A stretch of 63,715 nt of DNA, counting the filler, from Lenisia limosa (Eukaryota; Protista; Breviatea), in the NCBI GenBank assembly GCA_001655205.1. It is 14 parts of 14 records of this genome, joined end to end, with 100 filler letters (N's around TTAATTAATTAA, not from the genome) between each part and the next. Parts side by side here need not be neighbours in the genome. Positions count along the whole stretch, not along the records: positions 33,203 to 55,763 come from LPNZ01007417.1; positions 55,864 to 61,650 come from LPNZ01010669.1; 12 more parts are not named here. The stretch is one strand, 5' to 3'. The stretch's first letter is position 1, and every line of letters begins with the position of its first letter. Positions 48,623 to 61,015 of the stretch are shown here, piece by piece. A model generated the notes under the pieces. It was not told the DNA's origin. It did not search any database and saw only the letters and a program-made list of their open reading frames with translations. The position numbers were made by a program, and so were the translations under genes.

Positions 48623-51600
48623 CTAAAAGGGCAACTCTCCCTTGACAAAGTACAGAAGCGCAACAGCAAAGTAGTTGCCACAAATGATACCTCCGTTCAA
48701 GAAACATGTCTGAAGGAATCAGAAATGGAGGGCCAGGGAGGGTGTGAGGGGAGGAAAATGGAAATATGAAATTTGTTTTTAATGTACTTATGTTGCAAAT
48801 ACTACCTTTTTAGTTCTCACCTCTCCATATGTAGCTAATTCACTTAAAAGATATGGAAATTATCGATACTTTTTGTCGATGATTTGAAGGAGGAACAGTG
48901 ATATCACAAAAAAATAAGGTTTTATCNNNNNNNNNNNNNNNNNNNNNNNNNNNNNNNNNNNNNNNNNNNNNNNNNNNNNNNNNNNNNNNNNNNNNNNNNN
49001 NNNNNTCATTTGCCTTACAACTCTGTGCACACAGCTTTCTGAGTACCTCCCGAGTATACAGGACGAACAGTAATAGAAAACAACAAAACAATACACCAAC
49101 CAAAAAATGTCTGAAAAGACGCTCACCTTCAGAAACAAGCCCACCCCCCCCCTCCACAAACCATGATAACAGCAGATACGCTCTTATCAGCATCCTTCAC
49201 TTGGGTAGGACCAAACATCATGCCCAATGTTGAGGCATAACCTGAGGGGTAAATATGAGGGCAGGTGGTGGGGGTCTATACAGTTTGTTCAGTAAAGTGG
49301 CAGGAGAGAGAGGGGTAAACAAGTCGCTAGTTGTAGTGCTACTGATACGGACAAGGTGTGTTAATAAATTGTAAATGTGAAGTTGTTCGGTTAAAAACTG
49401 AGGGAAGATTCCCATCGTGGTTTCCAGGAAAATATGCAGAGGAAATATTGAACATTCCGCCTTTTTGAAAACAGAAGTGACGCTCAGCTAACCGTTAGTA
49501 AATGCGAAGATGGCAAGAATGGCAAAAACAGTCCAGTCCTTGGTGATGATATGCGGCTTGACCATGATGATGAACAGCGGGAAGAAGATGAGACGTGCGT
49601 ATGCTGAAATTGTGAAAGCCGTTGACGCAAGTTGGGGTTTAGGGGTTTACTTCGGTAAAATATCGATAGTTCTCGAAGATTTATCGAGAAATTCCTTTTT
49701 TTCGAACCAAAGTGAAACCTTAGGTTTCTAATAATAATAATAAACTGTAGTGTTTCTTAAACCTTGAACAGCTTTAGCAATAAATCAAATACGAAGTTCA
49801 GCTTACAAATTGTCCAAAGGTTCTTGGGGGAGAAAACCACCACATATTTTGGGATATATCTAGAGGGTAAAAATGTAAACAGAAAAGAAAGCATTGTTGT
49901 CGAAGAACTGTCATCATCAAAGGTGCGATAAAAGAGGGAGCGAGGGAAAGCCACACAAACCTTCCAATGAAATCGAAGACAATAAAGGTCGCAACGAGGC
50001 AAATCTGATACCAGCCATCTTTCCAAAAGGACTGTTCCGCCTCAGTCTCCAGAATCAGCCCCGGGAAGAGCGCGAGAGTGATGAAGAAAGTGACCCAAAC
50101 AATCATAGCTTGGGGAAGGGTCTTGCCGAGAACGTGGAGGAAGGACGACGCCTTCTTTTCTGAAGTTCGTTAAAGGTGCCCAGGTTTCAACTTGATGGGT
50201 AGTCGCATGGAGAGCATGCCTAATATAGGCCTTTTGGGGGCAACAATAACAATTCCATGAAATAAAATCAAGGAAAGAAACAAAGTATCGAGATATAAAG
50301 GATTCTAATGGAATCATCGATAAAGTATATTGCATTTTCCCAAAAGACTAAACTATTATAATTTGTGATCCATATCCCTTTAGAAGAAACAGAAGAGTAA
50401 TTCATATAGTATATTATATGATATCTAGTTACCCCTCACCTTCAGCCTCAGGGTCTGCACTTTCCTCGTCCGAAGTGACCGAAACAATCGGTTGACGTTC
50501 CTTCTCCTTTTCGGCAAGGGCAAGGTAGTGACGCGCGTATCTGGGGGGGAGGGGTATTAAAAAAAAAAAAAATGAAACTATAAAAAAGCCCAAAAGCAAC
50601 AATGTTGGCGAAAACCACTGGGGTAAAAAACAACAAAACAAACAAAGCCCAGGTCAATCGCTTCTTCAGCCCCGCANNNNNNNNNNNNNNNNNNNNNNNN
50701 NNNNNNNNNNNNNNNNNNNNNNNNNNNNNNNNNNNNNNNNNNNNNNNNNNNNNNNNNNNNNNNNNNNNNNNNNNNNNNNNNNNNNNNGCTTTCTTTAGCA
50801 CGAGTGTTCCAATAACACAAAGGAACAAAATGAAGGCGCCCGCAGCAAAATACACAACGGCGGCGGCTGAAGCAGTAATGATTAGTGCTTTCCTCCCCAA
50901 AGAAAGCATTTCTCGAAAAATCTTCAATAATTATCGATATTTGTCCGTTCTAAGAACCATACATTTCCCATACTATGACAAAGCCGATGAACATCATTTT
51001 TGTTGAGGTTTTTATCAACTATAACAATACACCGTAGCTTACTATCATATTCATTGGGAATGGAGATCTTCGTTGAGATTCGGATGATAGCCACCAGAAT
51101 TCCTGGATCATCAGGTGGAGGGGAGGGGTAAAACATGGAGCTAAGATTCGTCCTTTTATTAATGTATAGATGATATGATATGTATATGTAGCATGTGTGT
51201 GTGTGTAAGGGCCTATACAAAGTTGATTTGTTCCTCATTCGCAACATTTTCTCTCATAATCGCAGCTAAAACAGGACGTGATCAAAGACACAAATGAAAT
51301 AATGTGGTAAGAAGCAGAATGAATAGCATCAAAGATCATACCTGCCATTCCCTGTCCGGCCATAAGTGCCGAACGCATGTCGAAGGGGAAGTTCGAGAAA
51401 ATGCCTGGAAGATGATATTACAACTTTCCACCCAACTCTGTACACAAACTGACTGCCTGCCTTTTAAGGAAAGCAAGCACATGCGCAAATACTGGTAAAA
51501 AAATCACAGTTTCCGATTATTCGGTTCGTGATAAATCTTCATCGAAATTTCCTTCGTTTACCCCCCCCCCCCNNNNNNNNNNNNNNNNNNNNNNNNNNNN

Positions 51601-52853
51601 NNNNNNNNNNNNNNNNNNNNNNNNNNNNNNNNNNNNNNNNNNNNNNNNNNNNNNNNNNNNNNNNNNNNNNNNNNNNNTTAAATCGTGAAAAGTGAAGTTT
51701 AAATACTTTCGAACTACACTCGCTCAAAAATCGGATCAGATATACACATTTACCAAAAAAAAAAAAAGGTAAAACACGGATCTGCATAAATGATTTTAAG
51801 ATTTCGATTATACTGTCAAAATAAAAGCCATCCTCACCTGAGATGCCAACTGATGCGTAAATAAGCTGTTTGGCCAACTCATCATCAACCTCAAAGACTC
51901 TCCATAGGGGAACAAAGAGAATGACAATCTGCCATGGTTAGTCTGTATTGTGCTTCATGGTATATATTAATTAAGTCTTCCCTACGGACACAAAAAGACA
52001 AAATTTCTCGATAAATCCTCGATAACTATCGACATTTTACTTTCAAACCAAATGCAATCCCAAGATATAACGCAAGTTCGAAAATTCCCGGACCAAAAAG
52101 ATTTGTTTCTCGTGGTCAACTTTGCTCACCGTTTGAATGGAGTAACTCACAAAGCAGAGCACAAAGGGATTTACATTTTTGCCCCAGATGAGAAGCCACA
52201 CCAAGCCAAGTAATGCCGGGGTATTGTAGACCTGCAAAATGAAAACAATTCTAACAGTATGTGGAAATGAAGAACGAAGTATCTGACCGAAGCCGCGGAT
52301 TGCGTTGAGCTAAATATGCAACATACATGAGATAAACAAAAAATAAGCCACATCAAATCCACCTTTAACAACAGACTCTGCCACCCCCTTTTTAGATGAG
52401 CCCAAAAACATCCCTTGAGCTGAAAGCATTCCCAAGCTTACAATGCCGAAAATAAACTCAAAATGAGAGTCTTCTCCGTAGACTTCCGAGAAATAGTCGT
52501 AGGCTGTGATGAAGGCATTCCAAGGGCTGGGATATTAAAAATCTTGACTGAAAAGACTGAAGAGATAAACAGGTTGACCCTTGCCTACAAGAGCTGTCCG
52601 ATTCCAAATATGAGTGCAAGCATCCACACAAAGCCAAACTAAATATAATTAATAACATAATCGAGAACGTGCTGACAAGGAAGTTGCTCTATGTTCTATA
52701 AGCCGATCTCGCATAACCAACTCTATCTTTTGGGGGTGAATCCTCCTTGGTGACGCTGTCATCACCTGGAAGATCTTGATAATCTCCCTAAAACAGTAAA
52801 AAATTGTAATGCAAGTGAGGTGCAACCTTAGATACGTTTACATTACATGACAT
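48623..52853 (-). CDS. Equilibrative nucleoside transporter (ENT/SLC29 family), ~16 exons
   Basis: Motifs PKDRFGFVWML...GIGQLLPWNAFITAYDYF, FPFDMRSALMAGQGMAG, FFITLALFPGL, FIVFDFIGR, ARLIFFPLF and FAFTNGYASTLGMMFGP are present. Stop at 48625-48623. The start is inferred from a 12-nt first exon at 52853-52842. Confidence 0.9.
49640..49722. mobile_element. Family A MITE in an ENT intron
   Basis: TAGGGGTTTACTTCGG...GTGAAACCTTA. Confidence 0.75.
50541..50677 (-). repeat. Family B copy supplying an ENT acceptor
   Basis: Minus strand reads GCTGAAGAAGCGATTGACCTGGGCTTTG...CCCCTCCCCCCCAG, then the exon. Other minus-strand pieces lie at 746-800, 31799-31915 and 32071-32110. Confidence 0.8.
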
Positions 52854-53262
52854 GTTGACTCAGAAAGAAGAAAGCCTTATGCTGTCCCAGTATATACAAT
52901 TATATATTTCTCACACGTTCAAAAAATCGAAACAAACCTGTTCTTTCATTCTTAAAAAGGTCTGTCGCGAGAAAAAGTTCAGCTGTCGACAGATACACGG
53001 GTTCAAATATTTATACACCCTTTTCAGCAACCCTTTTGAACTCCTATATCCAGTAGAACTTCATCTAAGTAGTAACTTGACGGACGAAGAAAGTTATACT
53101 CTTTTAAAAAGAGGTAGCAGAACAAACGTATGTTCCATCCGTGTTCTAACAGCCTTCTATCGCCTTTCTAACCACCTTCCATCAACTTTTTCATAGCACT
53201 CTTATTTAAGCGAACTTTTTAGATTCCAAATCGCCTCGTTTCTAGTTAATATTTTCTAGATT

Positions 53263-55084
53263 ATGAACCTTCTCACAGCCTTTGCACTTCTCTGTGGAGT
53301 TGCAGTCTCCGTCTGCTTGGCCTCTGATGCACCAGCTCCTGATTTTGACTTCATGACGGTATCTAATCAGGTTCGGTTGAAGACCTCTCCCTGAAAGACC
53401 CATTTGTTTTCCCAAACTTTCAAGCTGAATGTTCTGCGAGAACTGCTTTCTGATCTCTGTAGTGGCCGCGAGCTTCAGCCAAAGGACCTGTTTCCATTGG
53501 CAACTTCACAATGCACGGAATGTGGCCTGATAACAACGACGGAACCTGGTGAGTCTCGCAACACTCGGATCACTCTCACAAATTAGGCCGCAGTTCTGTG
53601 ATCACTCCAAGGTTACTGAAGACGATGTTGCTCCCATTCTCCATGAGCTGAAAAAGTATTGGCCCTCTTTCCAACATGAATTGACCGATGTGGGTTGGTT
53701 TGTTTTACCACATTGGAAAAGCCAAGTATCCATAATATCCGGTTCCACAATTTCCTTCGGCCACATGGCCTTGAACCGCATTCATGGTACAGTTTCTGAC
53801 TCATGAATGGCAAAGACACGGCAGCTGTGCGACAAGATACTTTCCTACCAAGCTTGACTACTTCACCGCAGGTTTGTGTCAATTTCTCTGGACTTACTAC
53901 TGGACTTGCTCTAGGGAGATTAAGAATAATCTTGATGATGGTAGTACTCAAGACTTGATTGTAGTTATGAACTTCAATTTCTAAAATAGGCTTTATTATG
54001 GAATACCAATCAAAATTTTGATATATTCTTCTCGTCCCTTCATTGTCGTCATATATTCCCCGTCATTTTGTTAAATTTCTAGGGCTTACGTTTGCCAAGA
54101 AGGTGAACCCTCTCATCATTCCCGAATTTGCCCGCTTTGATATTATTCCGTCCGATTCCATTGTTTACACGGGTACGCAAACGTACACAGCTACTCTATT
54201 TTATTTTTGCAATAAATTCTCTATTAAAGCTAGAATCATACAGATTTGGCGGTTGCACTATTAGTAATTAGCTATTCTACTCCTGGGTTGTTCGTACCAA
54301 GAGGGTTTATTTTTGTCTTTATGATTATTCACTCCAGTTCCTCAATAGAGAATTGATTCGATCTAGTTGGCTCCTTGCTTGACATTCTGGAGAAACTCTT
54401 CGGCACTCGTCCCTTCCTTTCGTGCACTAGCCACACCTTCGAGTCTTTCCACGGTTTGCTAATCTAACTTTGCTGTCTGTCTTGACCTATTTTTCTCTAA
54501 TTCCGATACTGTCTTGTACTTGATATTAAGTACCACCAATACTGACATGTGTAAATTGGAAGTATTTCTCCACCGATTTTATTCATCCTTATTATAATGG
54601 GCTGACACACATTCACGCAAATGGTGGGTGAATTAATGTTATTGTATAATACTATCTTCTTTTAACGTGATGATTTGAAAGGCTTCGGCTGGATAACCTC
54701 GTTGTATTTGTCATAACTAACTCCGTGCAATTAATTTTTTTGAACTCTCATTTCAAATTTTGCATTTAATTTTTTAATTAATTGCACATAGTCATTTCTA
54801 ATCCCTTTGAAGGAGCGGAATTCCATGCAGTATCGGGCATTAACTTCTGCACCTCCGATGACAGCACAATGTTCATTGATTGCCCCGCTTCAATCAGAAG
54901 AGAAACCAAGGTGAGGCGGAGAAACTCCTGTGGATGTTCAGCAATCGTGCTAAAAAGGGAGCCATCGTGTTATTTTTGTTATAATTTTGACACACTCTTT
55001 TGTAGTTTATCCTAAGTCACCTTAATAGGGATGCCACGAAGACAGCGATGTTCTTCTTCTCCCCCACGACTACAGCCTTTAGAG
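53263..55084 (+). CDS. RNASET2: Ribonuclease T2 family, secreted/lysosomal
   Basis: Signal peptide MNLLTAFALLCGVAVSVCLA, then DFDFMTVSNQWP, CAS I FTMHGMWP (~53505) and CAS II HEWQRHGSC (~53805). The terminal exon and stop are unresolved. Confidence 0.9.
54615..54715 (+). repeat. Family C copy in an RNase T2 intron; others at 49005-49045 (-), 52262-52310 (-) and 63018-63070 (+)
   Basis: GCAAATGGTGGGTGAATTAAT...CGTGATGATTTGAAAGGCTTCGGCTGGATAACCTCGTTGTATTTGTCAT. Confidence 0.75.
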
Positions 55085-55277
55085 GTATATTTATGGTATT
55101 TAATGCAGGTATAGACAGTTTAATTATTGTCCTTGAACTATTCAAGAGCATACATATCATTCATGGACAGACAGTCCTCTGATTTTGGGGATAGAGCATT
55201 AGCGGAGGGATAATGAGAGAACAAAAGGAGGCCTTATCATTCATCATTGTTCTTCCACGGATGGGGGAGGGGGGAGG

Positions 55278-55378
55278 GGATGCTTCACTTCGGTTTGAAA
55301 AAAGACCGAATTTATTGATAAATCGTCGAAAATTATCGATATTTTTGCCGGTCTTTTTTGAACCAAAGTGAAGCCCAG
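55278..55378. mobile_element. Family A MITE
   Basis: GCTTCACTTCGGTTTGAAAAAAGAC...GTCTTTTTTGAACCAAAGTGAAGCCC. Confidence 0.85.
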
Positions 55379-55866
55379 ACAACTGTAATCCAATCCATTT
55401 AGNNNNNNNNNNNNNNNNNNNNNNNNNNNNNNNNNNNNNNNNNNNNNNNNNNNNNNNNNNNNNNNNNNNNNNNNNNNNNNNNNNNNNNNNNNNNNNNNNN
55501 NNNNNNNNNNNNNNNNNNNNNNNNNNNNNGTGATGAGTGAAAAAGAAAAAAAAAAACAAAAAAAAAAATGCAAGTTATCCAGTTTATCTAAGTGTTTTAG
55601 TGAAGCCTCCTGTTTCAGTTACTCCCCCCCACCCACACCATCTTCAAATCATCACCAATCAGAAGTCCCTTAAATTTGTTTATATTTGGGCGAATATATT
55701 ATGAAAAATAGTCATTAAAACTCAGTCATGAACAAAAAAACTCATACAATCACTCCTTGCTCANNNNNNNNNNNNNNNNNNNNNNNNNNNNNNNNNNNNN
55801 NNNNNNNTTAATTAATTAANNNNNNNNNNNNNNNNNNNNNNNNNNNNNNNNNNNNNNNNNNNNAAT

Positions 55867-57551
55867 AGCCCTTCCCAAGCCCCGGGGTGACATTGCGGCA
55901 TCTATGATGACCCATTTTCTTGCAGATGCCGGGGTACCTTCTTTTGATGTGCCCGGTTTCCGAGAGGTTGGTTCATTGTTACCTTGTATTTTGATGGTGA
56001 CGGCTTTGGACAAAAGTCCTTGAAGCCACCCACTTGGAACATTTTCGTCTTCATATTCCTCCAGGTTGAAGCGCTGGTTCCTCATTTCACTTTGGTGGAT
56101 ATTAAGAATCTTGCACACTCAGCTGTCCGACACCTTCGTGCTGCTAAAGTGAGTCCCGGATATAATGAATGTAGGGGTACTGTCATAGTACTGCATTTGA
56201 TCTCAATCAGAACGGTTCTCCTAATATTGCCATGCACAGCTAACTGCACAGAGAAGTGACACTGAAATCATTGACGTCATGAAGAGGATTGCCATGGGCT
56301 TTACCATGGCTTCACAGAAGGGCGATAAAGAAAGTAGGTGACATAAGTAAACACCACAAGAGTTAATAGACTTTTGGGAACAGTATCAGTGTTTGTCATA
56401 TCTTTATTGCCCTCTCTGCCTTCACTTTTTGTTTACCGTTCTTCAGTCCCTCCACTTTTGAGTCATCCCAACGGCACAGCAAACAACAAAGAACTTCAAA
56501 ACGTTATCGGTTGGGGGGTGTAAGACTGGAGGTGTCGATTGAGAAATGAGGAAGTATAACCGTTGAATTAACATGCCCATGGAGTAACTCTATATTTTTG
56601 GATAATGTCCCTCTAATTCTTAAATGTTGACATTTCTATTGGTTTTTATTCTTCTGTTGGAAATTTTCCACCATGTCATTATCTGCAGACCTTCTCGGGC
56701 CTGTCATGGCCCAACGAACCAAATGCCCAGCTCTTCAACAACGGTTCCCTACCCCTTCCCCCGAAATCATCAGTGCCATCATATCTGGTCCCTCAGGTGG
56801 GTACACACCTGCGAGGAGGGGGCTATATTGTTTATTACAAATTCCTTTTCTTCTCTGAGAGAAGACAGAACTACCTCTATTTATCCATAGCAATATTATA
56901 TCCTATCATTGTATTGCACTATTGGGCCAATTAACACAGCTTTCCCCCAGGAAGTGGTAAAACCCACCTATTACGCTGCCTGGAAACGATACCTGGTCTG
57001 ACCCTCTTTCCCCTGGAGGTTGGTGGAAACATAGAAGTTCAGGCTTTTCTTCCGTACTACTTCTCAAATAGTGAGTTTCTACAGTCTCATAATAACGCAG
57101 TTAACATCCATTGTACACTCGATGGTGGGTGCATCAGAAGAAGCTGCTAAAGAAGTCTTCAATTTGGCGTTAGCCTTGGACGGTTAGGGGGCATTTGAAG
57201 AGTGACTTATTCAAAATCCAACCTTTCAGAAACAATGATGAGCAAACGAACCCTGACGATTTAGCCCCGGCTGTTATTTCCTGCGATGCTTTGGAGTTTC
57301 TGTGCCCTTCAGGATGTGATGACGGTGATGACAGAACTTTGGTAGGCCATATTGATTATTTCTAGAAAATTTTCCAAGGGCTTCTCTTGAAATTCGATTA
57401 TTATCCTTTTGACGGTTTGACAGTATTTGAACATCATATCATATATGATATGAAATAATATGGTACACGCTCCTCCCCCCTGGTCACCCTCCAGCTTGCC
57501 GCCCAGTTTGCTGTCGAATTGGCAGCGCTACGACTCTATAAAAACTGCAAG
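55867..57551 (+). CDS. Type II AAA+ ATPase (SPATA5/PEX1/PEX6/CDC48-like), D1 lid plus D2 fragment
   Basis: Lid-like FTLVDIKNLAHSAVR, Walker A IISGPSG|SGKT split by an intron (56796/56951), VGASEEAAKEVFNLA, and a Walker B region PAVISCDALEFLC. Confidence 0.65.
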
Positions 57552-58757
57552 GTTCGCTCCAGCTTCTTCTTGTTTTCTCCAACTGCTTTTTTTTTTTTAC
57601 TTGTTTAAACTTGCCATTTCAATATCACCAGTGTTCTATGCGGATCCATACCAAGAAAAACATTTCAAACTATGGATTGGAAGGCCGAGTGGCGGTTTGC
57701 GGTGGCAAGGCAGGGTGGGCTCTAAGTAACAAGGTACAGATGTTTCAACTACGTGCCGATTTGAAAATATAAAAAGACTGGCTCTAATGTGCAGCTACTA
57801 ACAATCCCAAGTTAAATATGACAGAAAAGAAAAGAAAACATACCATCTGCGTTGTACTGGCCTCGAGGGTGACGGAGAGAGCCAGAGGATCCTGCTTGCC
57901 CGTCTCCTCGCCAATTTGTCAACTGATTTCGTCTAATTTGTGAACATTTATACAAGGACATACAAAGGCGGTATTGAAATCCCCCCCCCCCCCATCATCA
58001 ACCTTAAGACGTGCTGGTGCAAGGATGCTTGTCGTGTATTCTCCACGTTGCCTAAGATACTCCCGAAGCTTAGCGTCAGTGGCTTTGTGCGTCAATCAAG
58101 CGCCGATGGCGATTGGTCCATCAAAGATAGCACCACCTCCGTGGCATTATTTTGGGCCAGTAACACATCATCATACTCGAATTGCTGCCAACATCCTACC
58201 TGTTATTCAGGAAATCAATCCATTTCAACCAACAGAATCCTTCTTAATAATAGCCATCGTGAAGGAACATGAGAGTACAATCGGGAAGTCCGTCCTGGTA
58301 AACATAAAGGTAATAGGAAATCTCCACAAACTAAAAAGAGGTTGGGGGGGGGGGGGGNNNNNNNNNNNNNNNNNNNNNNNNNNNNNNNNNNNNNNNNNNN
58401 NNNNNNNNNNNNNNNNNNNNNNNNNNNNNNNNNNNNNNNNNNNNNNNNNNNNNNNNNNNNNNNNNNNNNNNNNNNNNNNNNNNNNNNNNNNNNNNNNNNN
58501 NNNNNNNNNNNNNNNNNNGTATAGTCAGAACTCTCAGTACAGACTACCTAATGGGATACATGAACCCTTAATTGTGGAATATTGAACCAAAAAGATCCCC
58601 TTACAAAGGGGAAAGACTCAGCAACTCCAATGAGAACCTCAACATTTCCAAGCTTGAAGGGGAGTACGCAATTTTGTTCACCCAAATGACGCTGTATTGC
58701 GATTTCATCCGAATTTTTCACTTTGTTTAAATCGAGGAGAATCTATTGAGGTTACTA

Positions 58758-58848
58758 CAAGGCGTATCATTCATCCCTGTTCTAGTTGTCATACGAAAAT
58801 ATCGCAAGGCGTATCATTCATCCCTCTTCTAGTTGCATACGAAAATAT
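58758..58848. repeat. Direct duplication, 47-bp period
   Basis: CAAGGCGTATCATTCATCCCT(G/C)TTCTAGTTG(T)CATACGAAAATAT occurs twice. Confidence 0.85.
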
Positions 58849-59504
58849 TGCATTGTATTGTATTGCTTTGGATTCCTGTAATCACAAAACAAATAATGTG
58901 ATACTCAACCGATTTAGCCAAACCCTGATCTAGAGAACACTGGGCAATTTACTTCCCCTTCTATCAAGCCTTGATTTTAAAATGAATCACCCTTTTGACC
59001 TGATAACCTATGGTTTGACTAACTGTGTAGGTATTTGTCATCTTTACTACTGATGAGGTTACAACAATTCACAAAGATGTGAGAGGTAAGCTGGGATATT
59101 ATTTCAAATAATGAGGAGTATCTAACACATTCAATTGTATTCTATTGGATTTGTATTTTGTTGGTTTTTTTATCTTATATCTACGCCACTATNNNNNNNN
59201 NNNNNNNNNNNNNNNNNNNNNNNNNNNNNNNNNNNNNNNNNNNNNNNNNNNNNNNNNNNNNNNNNNNNNNNNNNNNNNNNNNNNNNNNNNNNNNNNNNNN
59301 NNNNNNNNNNNNNNNNNNNNNNNNNNNNNNNNNNNNNNNNNNNNNNNNNNNNNNNNNNNNNNNNAAGTATAATAGTTTTTTATGGTGTGAATCTAGGGTC
59401 AATCTCAAGTGTATTTATCTGTATTATGAGAATGATAATACACGATGTTAACAGTATTATGAAGGAGTACCTCAACAGAGAGGAATGTATTTTGTAACAC
59501 TGCA

Positions 59505-61015
59505 TCAACGCAACACGGCTAGCGACTCCTGAAGGCCCCGTACGCCCTCCTTGAGACTCTGCACAACCGCACTCCGTTCCGCCCTCTCCACCTCCAACGC
59601 AGCTGCTCGATCCTGAGATTCTTGGCATTGTTGAAGGGCCTCGGCAAGGCTCTTCTTGAGACCGGACACTTCGTCGCTGATCCTTTTGGCCTCCTCCGCC
59701 CGGCGTGCCGTTTCATTTCGCAACTGTCGTATTTCATGCGCTTGCTGCTTTGTCTTCCTAGATAGTGTCAATACGCCTTCATATGATTTAAATAAAGAAC
59801 AAAATATGGACATTTATCGAGAAGAAAAAACGATTCAGAGTAAGAAAGACTCAGGTGATGTCAACAGACAATCAACAACCTCAAGATACATAAGATAAGA
59901 AGGTAGTATTACACTTACATGGCAATGAAACAATAACGGAAAGAAACCATAATGTTTATGTAACGTAACCCTCAACACCATACCTTTCAAGTTGATCTTC
60001 ATTAACAAAAGAGTCCTTGAAAGTTGAAGCAGATTTCTGGGAGTAAGAGCCACGTGGAAGAAAAGAGACACCCCATCAGCTCACATTGGCTCTCTCAAAT
60101 TCCTTCCTCGCTTCCTTCAGTTGAGCCTTGAGTGCCTCGTTTTCCTCTTCCGCGGACTTCAAACGGCTTCCCTGTGGCATAAAGTGGGAAGCAAATAAGC
60201 AGGGAGTACGTCGTCATAAGTGACCCCCTGTCATCTTTTCGTCAGGGTATGGGTTAATGAAATATGCGCTTGGAATAACACAAAAGTCAAATGTTCTTTT
60301 GTCTTTGAGATGAGTTGCTTATTAGTTGTCGGCGACTCACTGTATTGACTTTATGAATGCAAATACCGTGGATTCAATATGGTGTGGGCTGATTGCTGAC
60401 AAATGAACGCCAGCTTACCTGGCTGTGGAGCTGAGAAAACAGCTCTTCTGTTGTTTCACCTTTACCAGTGAGAATAGACATTAGACAGATGACGGAACGA
60501 AAGTAGTATCAGCCAGATCCCATTCCCACCAATAAAGCTGAACAAGTCCTTGGTCTGGTTCTGGAAGCTTATCTGTATCCGAAGTCGGCACCCCTCCTTG
60601 CGAAGAGATGCCAACGATAAGTCCCGATCTGCCTCCTCGTTGTTGTCCTTTATCGCCGTGATTCTAACTGTGAGGTCATCCTAAGTGGTGAGGGGTGAAA
60701 AAAAAAAGCTTTCCGTCCAAGCCTGATGAATTAGTATATCAAATAATAGTATCAATGATTCGCCAACAACTCTGTCTACATAAAACATTTATTCCCTTCT
60801 ATTGTATTAAAATACCCCCAATGGGCAGTCATGAAGAGTACTGTTATAAGGTTTCAGCCCCCGAAAAAGAAAGAATAAAGTATGTATTTAGAGGGATATA
60901 TATCATATATATATGATATAATATGCTATGATATGGTGCACACCTGACACAACTTTGCGACGGGGAAGAGTTGGCAAACCCTCTCCTTGACCTCCATGGT
61001 CAATGCGCTGTGGAT
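59505..61015 (-). CDS. Coiled-coil protein fragment
   Basis: Exons read DDLTVRITAIKDNNEEADRDL, GSRLKSAEEENEALKAQLKEARKEFERAN and RKTKQQAHEIRQLRNETARRAEEAKR..., with canonical junctions. Confidence 0.65.

Noticed and set aside
57974-58585. 203-aa plus-strand ORF
   Set aside because: It runs through an N gap, has no recognisable motifs, and splice signals conflict between strands. Left unassigned.
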